A stretch of 60,232 bases of DNA, filler included, from Sphacelaria rigidula (GCA_964200075.2; 10 parts of 10 records of this genome joined end to end with filler, not necessarily neighbours in it); one strand, 5' to 3'. Numbered from the whole stretch's first letter, positions 25,664 through 35,830 are shown. Notes: generated by a model from the letters alone, not told the origin. Numbers and translations: made by a program.

Positions 25664-27120
25664 GTGGGAGCACCAACATCACCAGATTCTCGGAATAAGT
25701 TCTTGGAAATGTGGCACCAACTGCCGCCAAACATGCGCGACATCAATTTTGACCTTCATGGGCCCGGCTGGGAACCGGCAGTCATCCGAGAACTCAATGA
25801 TGCCCTGCTACAGTACCAAGACCGACTTTCCCGATCCAAGACGGATCTTGGGCACTGCAAAACGTTGACTTTTGAGGTTACCCTCCAACCCGGCGTCTCG
25901 TCGATCTCTTCTCGACCATACCGGACAATCCCAATCTTCACCAAGAAGATTAACGCCATCTTGGATACATACTCGGGAGCGGGATTGATACAACATTCCT
26001 CCTCTCCTTGGGCCTCGCCACTTGTGGTCGTTCCCAAAAAGGATGGAAACATACGCATAACCGTGAATTACCGAAGGTTGAGTCGCGGGCACTGTGGTTG
26101 GTAAACTTCCAATTTCCCGCATTGATGAAGTCTTCGACTCCTTAGGCGAAGGAAAAATATTCAGCACCTTCGACCTCGCTTCTGGATTTCTTCAGAATGC
26201 TATTCATCCCGACACAATCCCACTAACGGCCTTTTGTACCTCGTCCGGACTCTACGAGTGGCTTCGAATACCACACGGTGCTGCCACTGCCCCGGGATGC
26301 TTTCAACGCTTAGTGCAACGCGTCACTGAGGGCCTCGAGCAAATCATCATGTACCTAGATGACGTTATTGCTTTCGATGCCTCACCTCTTGCACATATCC
26401 ACACTCTACGAGAATTTCTCTCTCGCCCACGCACACACGATTTGAAACTGTCTCCATCCAAACCTCGCCTTGGTGCGACTGACTTGAATTTCCTGGGGTA
26501 TTCCATTTCGCCAGCAGGACTGCATCCGGTTACAAACAAAGTCAAGGCGATGACTGACTTGCCGATGCCAGCTAACATTTCTCAACCTTGCTTATTGTTG
26601 GGCGGACTATCCTACTACCGCAAATGTTTGCCGAATCTATCAAAACGGATTCCCTCCCCTTACCGAGTTGCTCAAGAAAGGAGCCGTATTTACCTTCACC
26701 ACCGATATGGAGAATATCATCCGAGGATTGCTAAAAGTCGCTTATCGAAAAGCCGGTACTCTGCTTTCCTGATTGGGAGGCAGTACAAGATGGCTCTCGC
26801 CTTTTCCAACTCCACACTGACGCCAGCACAAAAGGATTTGGAGGAGTTTTGAATCAACCTCAGGTTGATGGCTCCGTCCGACCCATCCTCTATATTAGCT
26901 ACGCCACCCTGCCTAACGAGGCCAACTGGAGCCTTCTACACCTGGAAGGCGGAGTAACCACCTGGGCCATTAATCGCCTTCGACAATATCTATTTCACGT
27001 GCCCTTTGAGGTTTATACGGATCACGGAGCACTCAAAGATGGTTGGAGTTTCTCACAGCGTACCAGTAACCGTCCAAGCAAATCCAACGGGAACGCTGAT
27101 CTTCTTTCTCGACTACCCCT
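25664..27120 (+). pseudogene. pol: pol: reverse transcriptase and RNase H (frameshifted)
   Basis: SSPWASPLVVVPKKDGNIRITVNYRRL; LPISRIDEVFDSL; FSTFDLASGF; TAFCTSSGLYEW; YLDD at 26352-26363; RNase H-like FEVYTDH and NGNADLLSRLP. Confidence 0.95.
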
Positions 27121-28069
27121 GCCGCCTACGGCCTCAGGTTCCAGCCCGGCTTGCGGTTTAACGAAACCCGATGAACCTGGAATTTATCCTACTAGACGTT
27201 TTTCAACGCCCGTTTACGCCCTCGACCTTCAGTGCGCAGAAACGGGTATGCATATGGTAGGGCCTCGCCCTCTACCATATGATGCCGTCTTGGGTGGGTT
27301 AGCGCCCACTACCTCTGATTTTGTCGATTTCAGCATTTTCGGTACTCGCGCGAAGCTCTTCACGGAGACACCTTCGGTCACCCACCTAATCTCTGACAAC
27401 ACGCGCTCCCGGTCTGCCACCCGCACCACCCCCCCGAGTGCCCCGCCGCCACCGATAACACCTGAAAATTCCACGAGCCACGCAGCACCGGTCCCACGGA
27501 CCAACTCGCAACGCTCCGCGAACACTCCTGCAACGTGCACCACGCGCCGCGGACAATCTTCGCCGCGCACTGATACAGCCCCGCCGCCCATGACGGCGCC
27601 ACCGATATCTACCGCTCCCGAGCATGGAGCTGATGACTCAGCTCCTGCTCCCGGGGCAGATATTGACGTCGGCATTCCTGCCCTGTCGCCTATTCCCCCG
27701 CTGTTTACCCCACCATGTTTGGTCGGCTCGCCAGGGGAAGGTCAACTACGCGAGTTTTCCGCCAGCTACTCTCACCGCGATTGGGCTCGCGAACAAAACG
27801 CGGAACCGTTATGTCGCGCAGCCATCCGGTACTTTCAACTTGACTGTCCAGTCCCTTTTTCATCCACACTTCTGGCCCCGGTTGGCACACTGCCCCCGCT
27901 AGATATCTCTGACGTATACAAAATCGCGCGTAAAGGCACCCTTTTTACTACGGATGAAGGTGAACAACTACTCGTGCGTCGCTCCACGCCTTTGACGGGC
28001 GCAATTTCGGTCTCAACCACGGGACGCCACGCACGACTACTCGATGACGAACCAACGCACATATATGTC

Positions 28070-28396
28070 CCATTATTAATGCGCGCCTGGGTCATGGAAG
28101 GCTGCCACACAGACTTGTCATGTCACCTTGGCGTCACCCGCACCCTAGCGCTCTTGGAACGCTTGTACTGTTGGGTTGGTATGGAAATTTCCATCCGCTT
28201 CTGGATTCGGCGATGCTTCAAATGCCAAACCCACAAGACTTCACGGCAGACAGTACGCTGGCCAGTCATCTCTATGGATCTCCCCAACGCGCCAGGCCAC
28301 CCTGTGTCCTTTGGCTAAATTGGCCCTCTACCGTCCACAGGTCGCGGCAACACCTATATCTTACTCTTCACTGACCGCTTCAGCCGCCACGCGTCC

Positions 28397-28437
<41 letters not shown>

Positions 28438-29120
28438 CGCACTTTGACTGACCCCTCAGGGGTCCAGCCGTGATCTCATGATAGACGTACCTAAGGAAAA
28501 CGAAACTGAAACACGCTCTAAGGGGAAAAAAAACAGGAACAGGAACAGAAAGAAAAAGGAAAAGAAAGAGGGGTCGAACAGAACGACATAGCAGACTAAG
28601 TCGTGACAAAAAAGTACCCATGTACGCGGTAACCGCTGCAGATTTCACTGCCGCCGGAACGACCGACATATTGGTCCACGGCTACATCAAGCTCTACGGT
28701 TGCCCGAAGCGACTCCTTTCAGACAATGGTCAGCAATTTTGCTCAGATCTCTCTGATGAGCTTTACAAGTTCCTGGGCATCCGAAAAATTGCCACAAGCG
28801 CCTACCACCCGAACGGTAACGGTGATACCGAAAGACTCAATCACACCATGACGCAGATGTTCTCTATGGCTGTCAATGACCGCCATAATGACTGGGACCT
28901 ACATCTCTCGTACATCATGTTGTCCTACAACAACTCGGTGAACGCCGCTGCAGGCCTTTCTCCGAACATACTCCATCTTGGCCGTTACCCCCAGCTGCCC
29001 ATCATCGTTTTTGAGCGACACACGATCGATGGCCACCAAGGATTGGATCAGGATCAGATATCATATCACGAGCTAGCGCATTCACGACAACGCAGAGCAT
29101 TTACCCTCATGCGCGAATAA
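28070..29120 (+). pseudogene. pol: pol: integrase (HHCC zinc finger + DDE core), interrupted at 28399-28617
   Basis: CHTDLSCHLGVTRT...RRCFKC; YILLFTDRFSRH|MYAV; LLSDNGQQF; SAYHPNGNGDTERLNHT. Confidence 0.93.
28399..28617 (-). mobile_element. Short retroposon 3' end with (AATC)n tail inserted into the integrase
   Basis: (GATT)n at 28397-28435; ccat duplicated at both junctions; reverse complement matches ggctggatccctggggagtcagttaaggtgcgacaatcaatc at ~49522-49570. Confidence 0.78.
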
Positions 29121-29539
29121 CACGCTATCAACGCCTCACGCCTGGAGAGATCTAACACTGCTCTTTACAAGCTCATGCACAAACGCCCCAACTGGAATAT
29201 TGGTGGTTGGGTTTGGATCTACAACAGTTTTGTCCCTCAATTGGACAGTACCATTCAAGATCCTGACAGTCGAACCATCGCCATCATCACCGGATGATAA
29301 ACCCGTTGGTGACAAACTGCTCTACCTCGACCTACCTCGCGACTTCCAGGGTAATGACACTAAACCCCGCGTCTCCGTGCACAGACACAAACCCTCCACG
29401 AACTCGCATGATATAAGCGACATGCCCAAGTATCTGCCTGCCGGGCTCACACAGTATGTTCTCAACAACTCCTCGACCAAGCTCCCGCCTTACCATGTTA
29501 CCACCGACGAGGTGACAGAACAGCCCCTCCCATTGACCG

Positions 29540-29690
29540 TGTCCACCATCTCCGGCCACCAGATAAACCGTGGTCGAGGTGGGAAAATTGCTGTCATGTA
29601 TTAGACCCACTAGCACGGTCTTCGGAGAGCGTCTTGGGAACGCGAATCCGACTTACAAGTGCACCGCCGTGCAATCCTCCTGTACTGGAC
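29540..29690 (+). pseudogene. Chromodomain-like C-terminal extension of integrase, two in-frame stops
   Basis: VSTISGHQINRGRGGKIAVMY*TH*HGLRRASWERESDLQVHRRAILLYW fits the chromodomain pattern (I-x-x-H...Y-x-x-x-W-x-G...SWE...L). Confidence 0.6.
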
Positions 29691-30167
29691 GCAATCCCAA
29701 CATCAGCATCTTGCTCACAACAAGAAATATTGCAACGTGCGTCGTGGTGCAGTAGCTCGAGAACTTGACCGCGATCAGGGCCTACGCTTTGTCGCCGGTG
29801 GCTACGGACTTGTACCCACCAAGACTCGTAAGGCGAAGTTCTTCATTATTATTATTAGTATTTATTATTTCCGCACACTAGTCCGATCTCGCGAACTCGT
29901 GGTCACAGACGTAGGCTTGCCTTTCCAATACCGTCCCTGCTATTCCTTACCAGACATATTACCAAAATAAAGAAAAAATAATAAGAGTGACGCCACGAAA
30001 ACCGGTGAGAAGTAGCTCCCCCGAGATCAACGGGGAGAGAAAAGAAAGGAAGAAAAAACAAACAACCNNNNNNNNNNNNNNNNNNNNNNNNNNNNNNNNN
30101 NNNNNNNNNNNTTAATTAATTAANNNNNNNNNNNNNNNNNNNNNNNNNNNNNNNNNNNNNNNNNNNN

Positions 30168-30287
30168 GGGGGAAGCAAGACTTACAGGTGTTCGAGATGT
30201 GGTCTCCACGTAGATCGTGACGAGAACGGAGCTCGCAATATCTTGCTGAAGAGCCTGTTAGAATCCGGTGTTCATGTACTAAACTAG
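30168..30287 (+). CDS. tnpB: C-terminal 39 aa of a TnpB/Fanzor2 (IS607-type) RNA-guided nuclease, 5'-truncated by the contig edge
   Basis: Translates [39 protein letters not shown]: second CxxC of the zinc ribbon plus RuvC-III DRDxNGARNI. Absent from the supplied ORF track. Confidence 0.9.
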   Translation, partial: GGSKTYRCSRCGLHVDRDENGARNILLKSLLESGVHVLN

Positions 30288-30408
30288 CGTCACTGAAAGG
30301 TGACTTTGAGGCCTAGCTCCTGGAGCACTGAATAAGTGCTCTTGCAGCAGTATTCTTTTGCTGAGAAGAGTAGAAGAGCGGTGTCGGGTAGATCAGGCTG
30401 TGTTTACC
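30288..30408 (+). ncRNA. Putative omegaRNA scaffold (~30288-30388) plus guide (~30389-30408)
   Basis: Hairpins gtcact-gaaa-ggtgac (30289-30304), gagcact-gaata-agtgctc (30323-30341) and tattctttt-gctg-agaagagta (30351-30372); closing pairings gctc/gagc and tttgaggcc/ggtgtcggg; located directly 3' of a TnpB-like ORF. Boundaries are inferred. Confidence 0.65.
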
Positions 30409-30457
30409 AAGAAGTAGACCTGCTTCCCTGTTTCCGACTACATCTCGAGATATTCTT

Positions 30458-31444
30458 CTAGGAAGCATAGCTTGCATTTGTAGCGAAATAGTTTACTGTA
30501 ATGATTTCCGTTGAGAGTGTCACTTTTAGCGGTTTTCTACTAGGCGCATCGACGGCTTGCTGGTAGTGCACCTGGGCTTTCAGAATAACACATGCCGCCG
30601 TGTACAACTCCACGTCTACAATGTCGCCCCCAAAATAGTAACACACTTCATCAATTCGCGGGGGCTTGTCTTCCCTGACATCCAGCCCCCACCTCTCAAA
30701 ACATTCTTCCATGTCACACCTCAGCAGTCTCTGTCGCCTCGTTCGAGCGTGGAAATGGGGTGCTAAGATTAGCGCCACGCGTTCGGGCCGCATTGTAAAT
30801 AGGTACTTCCCTACCCAACAGTTTTTGGAGTCGTGCAATTTGGCCAGCACTCGGCCGAAAGGTAGCTTCAGTAGTCGGGATACCTCGTCACAAAGATAAA
30901 CCCACTGATCGGATAGTTGGCGTTTTGGAAGGTCGTACATTTGCCCTGTGAAGAAGGGGTTAAGACGCTTCAATACCAGTCGATCCACCTCGTCCAGAAA
31001 GGACAAGACCCTATTACCCTCAGAATTGGCAACCTTGTCGAACAAGTGCTTTTCATGCTCAACGCCTTCCACTAGACTCCACGCTTCATGCTCAAGCGCA
31101 CCCGTCTCCTCCAAGAACACGGCAGACCTTGGACGCGCTTTGGCGACGGAAGTTTTGGGCGATTTTACCGGGCAGGGGGAAGACGATCTCGACCAGGGTC
31201 TTGGCGTCCGCCACCGGAGTAAGCTGTCCCTTGCCGTTGATCCTAGTTTTGATGAGAGTGGGGCAGCCTGCCCCACCCTCAGCCCCAAGCTCTGGAAAGT
31301 CCTCCTTCAGTCGGCGAAAAGCTGTGTTGGCAGAACTTGCATCACACCCTAGGACCATCCTTACTACATCAAACACCTTCCCTTTTGAGTAGCCGTGTCC
31401 ACGCGGATGGTGGCATTTTCTACGTTGTCGATGATGCTGTCCAT
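30458..31444 (-). pseudogene. Intronless giant-virus-type gene: KilA-N/Bro-N-like N-terminal domain plus unknown C-terminal domain, two frameshifts
   Basis: ATG 31444 MDSIIDNVENATIRVDTATQKG, 1-bp deletion at ~31378, then VFDVVRMVLGCDASSANTAFRRL...INGKGQLTPVADAKTLVEIVFPLPGKIAQNFRRQSASKVCRVLGGD, shift at ~31100 into the frame ending at 30458. Confidence 0.65.
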
Positions 31445-31534
31445 TTTAATGGGTAGTAATATGTGTCGAGCTCTTGGTTTCTTCTCGTGTCTACAAGCAC
31501 GACACATTATATTTGTACACGTCGAAGCGAGTGT

Positions 31535-32135
31535 GACTTCCCTTGCCTCGACATGATGCACACAGTGAAACGTGTCACACATGTTGTTCCATAACAATTC
31601 GTTGTACCCACGCTTGTCACACTTGTCACACATTTGGACTTCCCTTGCCTCAACATGATGCACATTGCGAAACATGTCACACATATCGTTCCATAGCAAT
31701 TCGTTTTACTCACACTTGTCACACTTGTCACACATTTGGACTTCTCTTGCCTCGACATGATGCACATTGCGAAACATGTCACACATATCGTTCCATAGGA
31801 GTTATTTGAGTTTGCACTCGTCAATGTTCATACCCGACGTTGGCTGAGACTTCGACCGAAAACAAGACGCAGATGTGGTGCACAACGACTTCGAAATAAT
31901 GATGCACACAATCGGACTTCGCTTGCCTCGGCATGATGCACATGGTGAAACATGTTACACATGTGGTTCAATCGGAGTTGTTTTCCCTCACACTTGTCAT
32001 ACTTGTCGTTCAATCGGAGTTGTTTTTCCTCACACTTGTTACACATGTCGTTGTTTTGGAGTTTGTGTGACCTACACTTATCACACATGTCGTTGTGTCG
32101 GAGTTCTCTCTATTTCACACATGTCGTTCCATCGA
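31535..32135. repeat. Tandem array 1: 102-bp units (starting 31535, 31637, 31739) plus degenerate and 42-bp sub-units
   Basis: gacttcccttgcctcgacatgatgcaca...tgtcacacat...gttccatagcaattcgtt...cacttgtcacacttgtcacac. Confidence 0.92.
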
Positions 32136-32408
32136 AGTTTGTTTTAGCTTTACGGGCAGGAGGAAGACGATCTCGACCAGGGTCTTGGCGTCCGCCACCG
32201 GGGTAAGCTTGCCTTTGCCGTTGATTCGGAGTTGACCGCACATTGCGGTCAACTCAGGGAAGTCATCTTTCAGTCGGCAAAGAGCTGTGTTTGCATGGCC
32301 CGAGGTACACGAGAGCACCATTCGGATCACATCGAGAGCGCTTCCCTTTTGAGTAGCCGTGTCCACGCGGATGGTGGCATTTTCTACGTTGTCGATGATG
32401 CTGTCCAT
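32115..32408 (-). pseudogene. Second, 3'-truncated copy of the KilA-N/Bro-N-like gene
   Basis: MDSIIDNVENATIRVDTATQKGSALDVIRMVLSCTSGHANTALCRLKDDFPEL...INGKGKLTPVADAKTLVEIVFLLP, then runs into array 1. Confidence 0.7.
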
Positions 32409-32521
32409 TTGAAGTGGAATAATTTGTGTGGTTTGTGTTCCAACTCTTGGTTTCTCCTCGTGTATACAATCACCACACATTTTATTTGTACACGTCGAAG
32501 CGAGTGTGTCCTAGGTAACGA

Positions 32522-32982
32522 TATGTCACACAATTGGACTTCCCTTGCCTCGACATCATGCACACAGTGAAACGTGTCACACATGTTGTTCCATAGCAAT
32601 TCGTTTTGGTTACACTTGTTGCACTTGTCACACTTGCCCTTCCGTAACAATTCGTTTCGGTCACACTTGTCTCACATTCGGACGTCGTTGGCCTTGACAT
32701 CATGGCATGGAATGCGAATACCTCATGTAACGCATATTGTGCACGTCATTCAAAAACAGTTCTTTCAGACCACACATGTCACACATGTCTTGATCATAGA
32801 CCACTCAGTAGTACATGTAGCACACGTGTCGTTCCGAGAGAGTTTGTGCGGGTTACACTTGTCTCACATTTGGCCTTGACATCATGTCCATGGAATGCGA
32901 ATACCTCATGTTACGCATGACCACAGCACACGTGTCGTTCCGTAGGAGTTTGTTTTTGTTACATTTGTCACAAATTCGGACT
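32522..32982. repeat. Tandem array 2, degenerate units of the same family
   Basis: tgtcacacaattggacttcccttgcctcgacatcatgcacacag...; repeated ttggccttgacatcatg(g/t)catggaatgcgaatacctcatgt. Confidence 0.85.
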
Positions 32983-33148
32983 AAAAATCACGGATGAAAC
33001 CCGACAGAAACTCCTTCAGCTACACAAAAGTGTAACATGTACAGTATCGCAACTCGACTATTTTTGACGTTTTGGACGAGTTTCGCACGCACACGACAAG
33101 TTGACACTCCGAAAGTCTTCGAGAGTTTAACCGTCACGAACGACGTCG

Positions 33149-35062
33149 CTAGAGGTTGCGAACAATTGACTTTTTCCCGTTAACGATGTATCCTTGACCG
33201 TACGAGTAGGGGTCTCCATTTATGCTGATTCGATCATTTGCCTCATCATACGTCACTACTAGGTTTGTCGTACCAGTATATATTGTAGACGTCTGCCCGG
33301 AACCCAATGATGGTGAGAACGGTAACATAAAATTGTCGATACCGTTAGACGCAGTTGCATCATGTGTGTCCCCCAACTTGACGAACGTAGCTCGCAGTAC
33401 ACCTGTTGGAGTCGTCAGTACTATCGATTCACCCGTGGAAACTAGATCGTTCAGGTGTTGATCGATATGTTGAAAGTCGCTCACACTCAGAGAGCTTAGG
33501 TCTGTTGTGCCAGCAGAATCATGGAAATCGGTAATGTCGTAGTTAGCAGCCAAATTTTGTAGAGTGTTGGCCGTCTTAGATTTTCCATGCTTCACAAAAG
33601 GACCACCATCGGACGAGTAAAGTGTGACTTCGTATTCTGTGTCTGGTGTCAACGACTCAATTGTGGTACTGGTTTGTGATGTGAACTGTGCCCCTTCAGA
33701 TCCGTCGGTGCCCGTGTATTCTACTCTGTAACTCGCCCCAGGTAACTCTGTCCAACTGAGCTCAATTAAAAACACGCCAGGTACCGCCAATAGGCCTAGG
33801 ACGTCCAGTGTGGATGTGTCTTTGGAGACATAAAGGACGTTAGTCTCGTACAACACTGACTCTATGATAACCACCCAATCGAACCCTGTGGCTGCCGACG
33901 TGTTACCAAAGACAATTGGCCAGACAGCAATGGTGGGAGAAAATTCCCAGTAGAGTAGATTGAGCACGCCATTTGATTCGAATGTGGAAGTATCGGTCGT
34001 GGAAAAAACGGTCCCTAAATTGGTATTGTAGGTTATACCATACGATGCATCCAGTAGAATCTGCGATGATGAGTGGCCCGATTGGAAGGCGGCGTATGTG
34101 GTGACACCATTCATGGCTACTATGCAGTTCAAAAAGATCGTGGAGGTTGCTGTGCCGACGAGTCCCGACGTTACGTCCCCTGTCATGTAGTTTATCCAGT
34201 GTGTACACGTACCACTCCCGCTCACGGTTGCTGCAATGGAAGCAGCCGTACCACCGGTGATATTACCTATACTGCTGTTCATCATGTAATTGACAGAGCC
34301 ATTAGAAAGTGTCCCAAAAATGCCTCCGGATGTACCCGATCCTCCTTGAATTGGGCCTCTCATGGCATTCAACACATGTGAAACTGTGTCGCCAATACAC
34401 GTTCCGTATACACCTCCTACGTTGCTGCCCGTATTCACGATACCATTTGTGAAGTTGGCAATATTTCGAATATGCGACGTGTTCGCACCCGACCCGTACC
34501 CCGAGAACCCTATGATCCCACCCGTGTTTGCCACTCCTTCGAATCTGTCGATGGTACCTCCAAGTGTGATGTTTTCAAATGTTCCACCACCGGTGTATGA
34601 AAATAGACCACCTAGACTGTTGGCTGTGGCGGTTATCTCCGTCCCTGGTGCGAAGTCGGCCGTGATATTATAGAAGCTAGAGTTTGTGTTGTGGGCAGAC
34701 AAAAAGCACCCATCGTTCGTACCTATTGCCCTCCATACACCATTCAATACCACATTTTGCACGGTGGCACCGTTCGTGGTTCCGAATAGGCCTGTTCCCT
34801 TGCCAGATGGAGGCACACAGTTCCAGTTCGATATTGCAAACCCTTGTCCGTCGTAGCTCCCCGAAAAAGGTGAAATGGGCACTATATTCGTGGAGTCAGA
34901 CTGTAGATCGATATCGATGGTCTGGATGTAAGAAGCAGTTTTGTAATCCGAAGGGGGGGATCCCGTGTTGGCAAATACAGACCCTGAGTTCATGATCTGC
35001 AGAAGGTGATTCTTACTCGAGACCTCGTACGAACCGTTGCTAAAAACCCAAAGGACTGACAT
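33149..35062 (-). CDS. Intronless 637-aa protein: GLUG/beta-helix-like Gly/Thr/Asn-rich region + fibronectin type III domain + C-terminal domain; probably viral
   Basis: ATG at 35062 after an AT-rich leader; YIQTIDIDL...PISPFSGSYDGQGFAISNW...GLFG...GGIIG/GGVYG/GGIFG; FN3-like IELSWTELPGASYRVEYT...TIESLTPDTEYEVTLYS. Confidence 0.85.
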   Translation of the reverse strand: MSVLWVFSNGSYEVSSKNHLLQIMNSGSVFANTGSPPSDYKTASYIQTIDIDLQSDSTNIVPISPFSGSYDGQGFAISNWNCVPPSGKGTGLFGTTNGATVQNVVLNGVWRAIGTNDGCFLSAHNTNSSFYNITADFAPGTEITATANSLGGLFSYTGGGTFENITLGGTIDRFEGVANTGGIIGFSGYGSGANTSHIRNIANFTNGIVNTGSNVGGVYGTCIGDTVSHVLNAMRGPIQGGSGTSGGIFGTLSNGSVNYMMNSSIGNITGGTAASIAATVSGSGTCTHWINYMTGDVTSGLVGTATSTIFLNCIVAMNGVTTYAAFQSGHSSSQILLDASYGITYNTNLGTVFSTTDTSTFESNGVLNLLYWEFSPTIAVWPIVFGNTSAATGFDWVVIIESVLYETNVLYVSKDTSTLDVLGLLAVPGVFLIELSWTELPGASYRVEYTGTDGSEGAQFTSQTSTTIESLTPDTEYEVTLYSSDGGPFVKHGKSKTANTLQNLAANYDITDFHDSAGTTDLSSLSVSDFQHIDQHLNDLVSTGESIVLTTPTGVLRATFVKLGDTHDATASNGIDNFMLPFSPSLGSGQTSTIYTGTTNLVVTYDEANDRISINGDPYSYGQGYIVNGKKSIVRNL

Positions 35063-35285
35063 TTGTTTGTACTTTAAGTAACCGTGATAAAAAAATATCC
35101 AAGAAAGGTAAATTGGTCTCGTCACACGTTGGTATTGTGCCGCCTAGCCGCACCACTTCGATGGCGGCACAACACCGAGGATGCTGTCCATTTGGAGGGG
35201 AGTAATTTGTGTCTAGCTTGGTTTCTTCTCGTGTCTACAAGCACCACGCATTTCATTTGAAGCGAGCGTGTCCTAGGTAACGATA

Positions 35286-35830
35286 TGTCACATAATTGGA
35301 CTTCCCTTGCCTCGACATCATGCACACAATTGTTCCATAGCAACTCGTTTCAATCACACTTGCCATACGTGTCACACAATTGGACTTCCCTTGCCTCGAC
35401 ATCATGCACACAGTTGTTCCATAGCATTTCGTTTTAGTCACACTTGTCATACTTGTCACACAAACTTCCCTTGCCTCGACATCATGCACACAGTTGTTCC
35501 GTAGCAACTCGTTTCAATTCCCTTGCCTCGACATCATGCACACAGTTGTTCCATAGCATTTCGTTTTAGTTACACTTGTCATACTTGTCACACAATTGGA
35601 CTTCCCTCGCCTCGACATCATGCACACAGTTGTTCCATAGCAACTCGTTTCAATCACATTTGTCATACTTGTCACACAATTGGACTTCCCTTGCCTCGAC
35701 ATCATGCACACAGTTGTTCCATAGCATTTCGTTTTAGTCACACTTGTCATACTTGTCACACGTTGCTCAGGGGTTCTACAATTGTCACAGTTGTCAAACA
35801 TGTCGCACATGTCGTTGCTCAGGGGTTCTA
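35286..35830. repeat. Tandem array 3: six 84-bp-type units alternating between two variants
   Basis: gacttccc recurs at 35299, 35383, 35599 and 35683; variants caactcgtttcaatcac and catttcgttttagtcac alternate. Confidence 0.93.

Larger units (their letters stand above)
24135..29835 (+). mobile_element. Decayed Ty3/Gypsy LTR retrotransposon internal region (gag - RT - RNase H - integrase - chromodomain-like); LTRs not in the contig
   Basis: Domain order RT-RH-INT; many frameshifts and stops; sub-features listed below. Confidence 0.95.

Noticed and set aside
29835..30287. Fanzor captured by the Gypsy retrotransposon
   Set aside because: The two are on different contigs separated by the artificial linker 30068-30167.
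30458..31288. ORF-track 276-aa protein taken at face value
   Set aside because: Its first ~60 aa are an off-frame reading of the KilA-like domain; the real start is the ATG at 31444, with two frameshifts.
31364..32920. Cys/His/Thr-rich ORFs on both strands over the arrays (also 35253-35870)
   Set aside because: Explained by repeat units that are multiples of 3; not called as CDS without translation evidence.
35063..35125. N-terminal extension of the 658-aa ORF from the GTG at 35125
   Set aside because: AT-rich leader; the first ATG at 35062 is the more plausible eukaryotic or viral start.
35286..35830. CRISPR-like array near an RNA-guided nuclease
   Set aside because: Units are full tandem copies with no unique spacers, 84-102 bp long, and no cas genes are present.
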